A stretch of 40,119 nucleotides of DNA from positions 1 to 40,119 of IMG/VR virus record IMGVR_UViG_3300027973_000098; one strand, 5' to 3'. Source of the DNA: a virus. Taxonomy: Duplodnaviria; Caudoviricetes. The position numbers were made by a program, and so were the translations under genes. The notes below the pieces were generated by a model. That model had not been told where the DNA came from. It saw nothing but the letters and a program-made list of their open reading frames with translations, and ran no database searches. Positions 36,124-40,119 of this stretch are shown here, in pieces (positions within the stretch are counted from its first letter, which is position 1; the number at the start of each line of letters is the position of its first letter).

Positions 36124-36452
36124 TTTGGGTCTGCCTCTGTCTGTGGCGTTTCAGCCAGGTTAGGGAACAGATACTTTTGCGCGTCTTTTGTATGATCTAC
36201 CAAAGCGTCATAATCAGTCATTGTTAGTTCATCTAATGACTCAAGTTTGATTGATGGCGGAATTAAATCAAATGACCATGACTCAACAAGCATTGCAATA
36301 AGTGCATCACCTAACGCAAGTGCTTTTGTTAGATCTCCACCAACTGCATTGTCTGCGCTACGCATAACATTTTTGCGGTCTTTTACACGCAAAGTTGATG
36401 GATCTTTTAGAACTACTTTTGCCCCTGATGGCAGTGTTACTTCTTTAGACAT
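36096..36452 (-). CDS. Tail assembly chaperone (gpG-like)
   Basis: Between tail tube and tape measure; ends with DPK at the slippery site. Confidence 0.8.
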   Translation of the reverse strand: MSKEVTLPSGAKVVLKDPSTLRVKDRKNVMRSADNAVGGDLTKALALGDALIAMLVESWSFDLIPPSIKLESLDELTMTDYDALVDHTKDAQKYLFPNLAETPQTEADPKAIGENSNA

Positions 36453-36489
36453 GTTGCCTCCTGTTGGTTTGCCTTCCTAAATCATACTC

Positions 36490-36552
36490 AAAAAGAGAGC
36501 AAACGGTGTGGGAGAGCGGGAAGGCAATCGCCCTCAACCACACCGCCGCCCT
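36490..36552 (-). terminator. Long terminator-like hairpin after the tail tube gene
   Basis: About 22 bp interrupted stem, loop ATTGCCTTCC, followed by CTTTTT. Confidence 0.65.
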
Positions 36553-36559
36553 GATCTAG

Positions 36560-37546
36560 TTATGCGTATGTGCCTGAAGTCTTAGCGTTTTGTAACACCC
36601 ATTTAATAGGTGAGTAACCGCCTGAAGAACCAGCATTAGTTGTATTTGATTGGGCGTTAATGTCCACTGTTACCTGTACAAAATCTTCTCCGCGTTCGAT
36701 TACGCCAGTGGTGTAAGCGCCCTTAGTAAGAGTTGCCTGGATCTGAACCGCAGAAGCACCAGCACCATAAGCCCAGTTAAATACAAGAGCAGGCTGTGAG
36801 TTGTTAAGGAAGTTAAGCAATTGTGAGTCATCGTCCATGACAAATGTAATCTTGCCTGTTACTTCCAAAGGCCCTAGAAATACCTGGTATGGATCTTGTG
36901 TATTTGAGATGCCATAGATAGGTGTTGCAGGGCGCTTCATGTCAATGTTGCCAGTCATAGCAGTTGATACCGCAGATCCACCGATTGAAACAGTACCGCG
37001 CCACACTGGTGTAGGTAGAACTGTTGAGAATGATGGTGTTGGATCTGCAACAGTTTCAGACTGGAAACCTGTTGATTTTGCATCATACTCAAGCATGCCA
37101 TCTGCGTTGAACTTCAATGAGAAGTCAGAGAACTGGCAACCAGGGTATGAGCGAACATCTACAGCATAAAAGTCAGTCAATGTGTAAGAAATTGGCTGAA
37201 CATCTCCGCCTGATGCAAGGCTGTTAAATAGTGAGATTGTGTGAGTGTATGGTGCTGAAACACCAGTAGTTGCTACTGATCCTAAAACACCTGCAATTGC
37301 GTATCCCACTGTATCGGCAAATACTGCTCCACCAAAATCTACGGTTGAGCGTGTGCGGCCTGGAATGTAATTGTAATTCAATACATTTGAGCCACGCAAG
37401 CCTGTGTCATACAGTGGATCTACAATGTCCACTGGTTTTAATGCGTCCTTCATTACTGGAATGAAGTCGGTTGGTGCTACTGCCGTACCGCGGGTTGCTT
37501 CTTTAGCAATACCTAAGTACGAGCGTACGGACTGTTGAACAGACAT
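36560..37546 (-). CDS. Major tail (tube) protein
   Basis: SYLGIAKEATRGTAVAPTDFIP N-terminus, YTHTI, LEVTGKITF; position before the chaperone. Confidence 0.88.
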   Translation of the reverse strand: MSVQQSVRSYLGIAKEATRGTAVAPTDFIPVMKDALKPVDIVDPLYDTGLRGSNVLNYNYIPGRTRSTVDFGGAVFADTVGYAIAGVLGSVATTGVSAPYTHTISLFNSLASGGDVQPISYTLTDFYAVDVRSYPGCQFSDFSLKFNADGMLEYDAKSTGFQSETVADPTPSFSTVLPTPVWRGTVSIGGSAVSTAMTGNIDMKRPATPIYGISNTQDPYQVFLGPLEVTGKITFVMDDDSQLLNFLNNSQPALVFNWAYGAGASAVQIQATLTKGAYTTGVIERGEDFVQVTVDINAQSNTTNAGSSGGYSPIKWVLQNAKTSGTYA

Positions 37547-37550
37547 TATT

Positions 37551-37763
37551 TCACGCTCCTAGTTTCTTGTCTGACGCGGCAGACATAGTTGTTGTTGGTT
37601 CTGTTGGTTTTGTTGGTTCTGTAACTGATGGCTTTGCGCTTGCAGAAATTACATCTACTGCAACAAACCCTTCAGGTGCGTCAAACTCATCACCAGGTTT
37701 CACAGTTTTCCCAATGCTAGGGAACACGCGTTCATCAGTTCCGTTGTATTTGTACTTCATCAT
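37551..37763 (-). CDS. Small hypothetical virion-associated protein
   Basis: AAGGAG RBS; VKPGDEFDAP plus Pro/Thr tail. Confidence 0.65.
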   Translation of the reverse strand: MMKYKYNGTDERVFPSIGKTVKPGDEFDAPEGFVAVDVISASAKPSVTEPTKPTEPTTTMSAASDKKLGA

Positions 37764-37768
37764 GCTCC

Positions 37769-38275
37769 TTATGCCTGGATCATCTGTGTTACGGGAAATT
37801 GTATCTCAGCAAAGATTTCTGTAACGCCTTCTTTTTCAGTAGAAGGTTCTCCATAACGGGCCTGAATAACTGGCTCTGCACCTTGCCAAACTAAATTACC
37901 TGTTGGATCGCCAAAGTTATGATCTGACCTCAAGCGCTCTTTGATGTTATCAACGATTGTGTCAAAGTCAGTCATAACATCTTCTGCCTCTCTATGAAAA
38001 GAAATGCAGAAAATCTGAACAATTACGGTGTAATCAACGCGCTTCCAACCATTAGTTGCTCCACCAATTGCTAAGCGTGTTTCATACTCATCAGCAATGT
38101 AAACAACAATTGCCGCTCTTGTGGCTTGCCCTGGTTCAGCGTTTACCTGGTAGTTAATAATCTTTGGAAAAGATGTAAAAACTTGATTGACATTGAGGAT
38201 ACGCGGATTGGCTAAAAATAAAGATAGCGTTTGGCGTACTGCGTTGCGCCCTGTGAGCGTAGGTACTGCGGTCAT
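37769..38275 (-). CDS. Tail terminator / completion protein
   Basis: 168 aa between adaptor and tail tube; IKERLRSDHNFG. Confidence 0.65.
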   Translation of the reverse strand: MTAVPTLTGRNAVRQTLSLFLANPRILNVNQVFTSFPKIINYQVNAEPGQATRAAIVVYIADEYETRLAIGGATNGWKRVDYTVIVQIFCISFHREAEDVMTDFDTIVDNIKERLRSDHNFGDPTGNLVWQGAEPVIQARYGEPSTEKEGVTEIFAEIQFPVTQMIQA

Positions 38276-39168
38276 TATCTGATCCTGCGGAACTTGTTTA
38301 CCATGTCTAGCGCTACCTGAATGTCACCACCATAGCGTGTAGAGCCTGGAACATTTCCTGATGGGCTAGTTGTGTAAGCCATAGTGGTTGAACTATCGCC
38401 ACGCATTTTGATAAAAGCACTTGTAATTAAAATGCAAGCCTGCTTGAGAGCATTGGGAAGATTGCCAAAAGCCGCACCAGCACCATGAGCAAAAACCATT
38501 GGACTTTGTAATGTAACTGTTGTACTTCCATAAACATAGTTATCATTTACTGTTACGCGCTCACTTCTAGCGCCATCATAAATACGATAATGTTGCCCCG
38601 CAATAATTCCTAATGGGCTATCAACAATAAAACTACTAGCACCCGCGGCTGTATTAGCAAGAAGAACTGTGTTTACATAACCTGCAACATAGGTGTATTT
38701 AGTAAATGTCCAATTGGTTTGCCCCATAGATCCACCAAATTGCAATGGCCCTTGAGATGTTGAATACCAACCAATTTGATTGCCAGGAATAATAATTTGT
38801 TGGCCTTCAAACCAGGCTGTTGAGCAATCGCCTAATGCGTATAACTGGTTTGGATTTGATCCATAATAAAATGATGACAACGACACAATAGGCGCGTTGT
38901 ATGGGTGCAAGGCAAAATAACCACCTGAATTTGAAAATCTAATGCGCTGTGTTTCTGTGTATTCATCTGCCACAAGATTTTGGTTAAAGTATTCATTCAT
39001 GTATGAAGAAGCCCGCAAAATAACCTGGGCTAATTCTGCATCTTGAGCCGCGGCATTTCCGCCCACAACAAGCATGTCAATGTTGAGCGCTGTTGGAGCG
39101 TTTCTGTATTCGGCTACCGTGACATAAGGATTTTCATTACTTGTATCGGGCGTAATACCAACGGTCAT
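38275..39168 (-). CDS. Head-to-tail adaptor
   Basis: PYVTVAEY, ILRASSYM, YTYVAGY, LPNALKQACIL, final KFRRIR. Confidence 0.75.
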   Translation of the reverse strand: MTVGITPDTSNENPYVTVAEYRNAPTALNIDMLVVGGNAAAQDAELAQVILRASSYMNEYFNQNLVADEYTETQRIRFSNSGGYFALHPYNAPIVSLSSFYYGSNPNQLYALGDCSTAWFEGQQIIIPGNQIGWYSTSQGPLQFGGSMGQTNWTFTKYTYVAGYVNTVLLANTAAGASSFIVDSPLGIIAGQHYRIYDGARSERVTVNDNYVYGSTTVTLQSPMVFAHGAGAAFGNLPNALKQACILITSAFIKMRGDSSTTMAYTTSPSGNVPGSTRYGGDIQVALDMVNKFRRIR

Positions 39169-39171
39169 TAT

Positions 39172-39447
39172 TTATTCTCCATCTCGCGGTGTTTCTTGTG
39201 ACTCGTATCCGCAACGCCCACATTTGCGAAACCAGCCCTCAAAGCCACATTCTACGCAAGTAAATCCGCGCATGCGGTCATCACTAGAAATTGGATTAAG
39301 TGATGCTTCAAAAAAACCTTCAGCCTTCATTGCTTTTGCGTGTGCCTTATTTTCTACAGTGTAAATACCCTGGCGATCTGTGTAATAACTTTGACCACCA
39401 ATAACAGTTTCTTTTACACCCTTATCAGGTGCTACCCATCTTGCCAC
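39172..39447 (-). CDS. Small zinc-ribbon protein after the capsid gene
   Basis: CVECGF...KCGRCG; AGGAGG RBS with GTG start. Confidence 0.7.
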   Translation of the reverse strand: MARWVAPDKGVKETVIGGQSYYTDRQGIYTVENKAHAKAMKAEGFFEASLNPISSDDRMRGFTCVECGFEGWFRKCGRCGYESQETPRDGE

Positions 39448-39465
39448 TTTGCCTCCTAGTTAATT

Positions 39466-39500
39466 GGGAAAGGGTGCGGCTTTTACACCGCACCCCTCCC
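39466..39500 (-). terminator. Hairpin after the major capsid gene
   Basis: GGGAGGGGTGCGG / CCGCACCCTTTCCC stem, no U-tract. Confidence 0.6.
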
Positions 39501-39518
39501 TTCTTATTAAGTTGTAAC

Positions 39519-40119
39519 TTACGCTGAAACGATACCTGAAACTGCGCCATTCCATGCAGGAGCGGTGCAGAAGAAAGTTCCGCGGAAGTATGTTGAGAAG
39601 TCGTAAGTGAACTGAGTTACTGGCCACTGGATACCCATGTAGTCCTGTACTAAGAAGTTCGCCCAAACATCTGATACCTGTGTGTCAGGAATTGGCAGAG
39701 TCCATGAAAGAACTGGTGCAACACCTGGGTTTAGCCACGGGTGAACCATAATGTCCACGGCCTTACCTGTAACTTCGTTCTGAAGTCCTGTAACAATAGA
39801 ACCGTATGTAGTTCCTGTTGTTCCTGGGCTTTCAATCATCAAACGGTAATTAGCAGTTGAACCTGACTTGATCGCATCAGATAGTTGCTTACGATCATTT
39901 CCGTTCATTAGAACAATGTCTGGATCAGCCTTTACATTCTGGTACAAGTTAGCAAAAACAGTTTGGAATTCTACGCCTGGGTTGGCAGTTGAAAAAGCAC
40001 TGTTGATTGCGTTGTTGAAGCCAGTGTTAGGCCCTAGAACTGTTGGAAGAATTCCGTCATAACCAGTTGCATAAGCAGATGTATCTGTAACAGCGCGCGC
40101 CGCATTTGCGCCTGTTGTG
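39519..40119 (-). CDS. Major capsid protein, 3' part
   Basis: In frame with 1..1225 through the terminal repeat; ...VDIMVHPWL...YDFSTYFRGTFFCTAPAWNGAVSGI*. Confidence 0.88.
   Translation of the reverse strand, partial: TTGANAARAVTDTSAYATGYDGILPTVLGPNTGFNNAINSAFSTANPGVEFQTVFANLYQNVKADPDIVLMNGNDRKQLSDAIKSGSTANYRLMIESPGTTGTTYGSIVTGLQNEVTGKAVDIMVHPWLNPGVAPVLSWTLPIPDTQVSDVWANFLVQDYMGIQWPVTQFTYDFSTYFRGTFFCTAPAWNGAVSGIVSA
39974..40119. repeat. Terminal direct repeat, right copy
   Basis: Matches 1-146 with one mismatch. Confidence 0.95.

Noticed and set aside
1-40119. Alternative genetic code, tRNAs, integrase or introns
   Set aside because: Genes are intact in the standard code with TAA, TGA and TAG stops; no cloverleaf, recombinase motifs or interrupted core genes were seen by eye.

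Overview
The window is an apparently complete, circularly closed ~39.97 kb tailed-phage (siphovirus-type) genome: bases 1-146 repeat at 39974-40119 and the major capsid gene runs in frame across the junction. A WhiB gene indicates an actinobacterial host; the moderate GC and gene set resemble phages of freshwater Actinobacteria (inference). Almost all genes are on the minus strand. In transcription order: TerS, TerL, a collagen-fibre module, an inverted propeller/TPR/FkbM cassette, portal, MuF-ADP-ribosyltransferase, protease-scaffold, capsid, connectors, tail tube, frameshifted chaperone, tape measure, Dit, tail fibre, a sulfation cassette, hub, lysis genes, a phosphoesterase cluster, recombination/replication genes, a run of zinc-finger microproteins, a transglycosylase, HNH, SSB and a GNAT. 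I saw no integrase, repressor, DNA polymerase, tRNA or CRISPR array. Best leads: (1) a sulfotransferase next to an APS kinase-nucleotidyltransferase fusion that may be a minimal PAPS synthase, inside the tail operon; (2) a three-way-junction RNA overlapping the RBS of a GNAT gene next to terS; (3) a MuF-fused ADP-ribosyltransferase with a coupled 50-aa ORF; (4) a long Gly-X-Gln collagen fibre chain between terminase and portal that ends in the same docking domain as the tail fibre; (5) a hairpin/pseudoknot ahead of the tail chaperone. All family assignments are from motif recognition by eye, not database searches.
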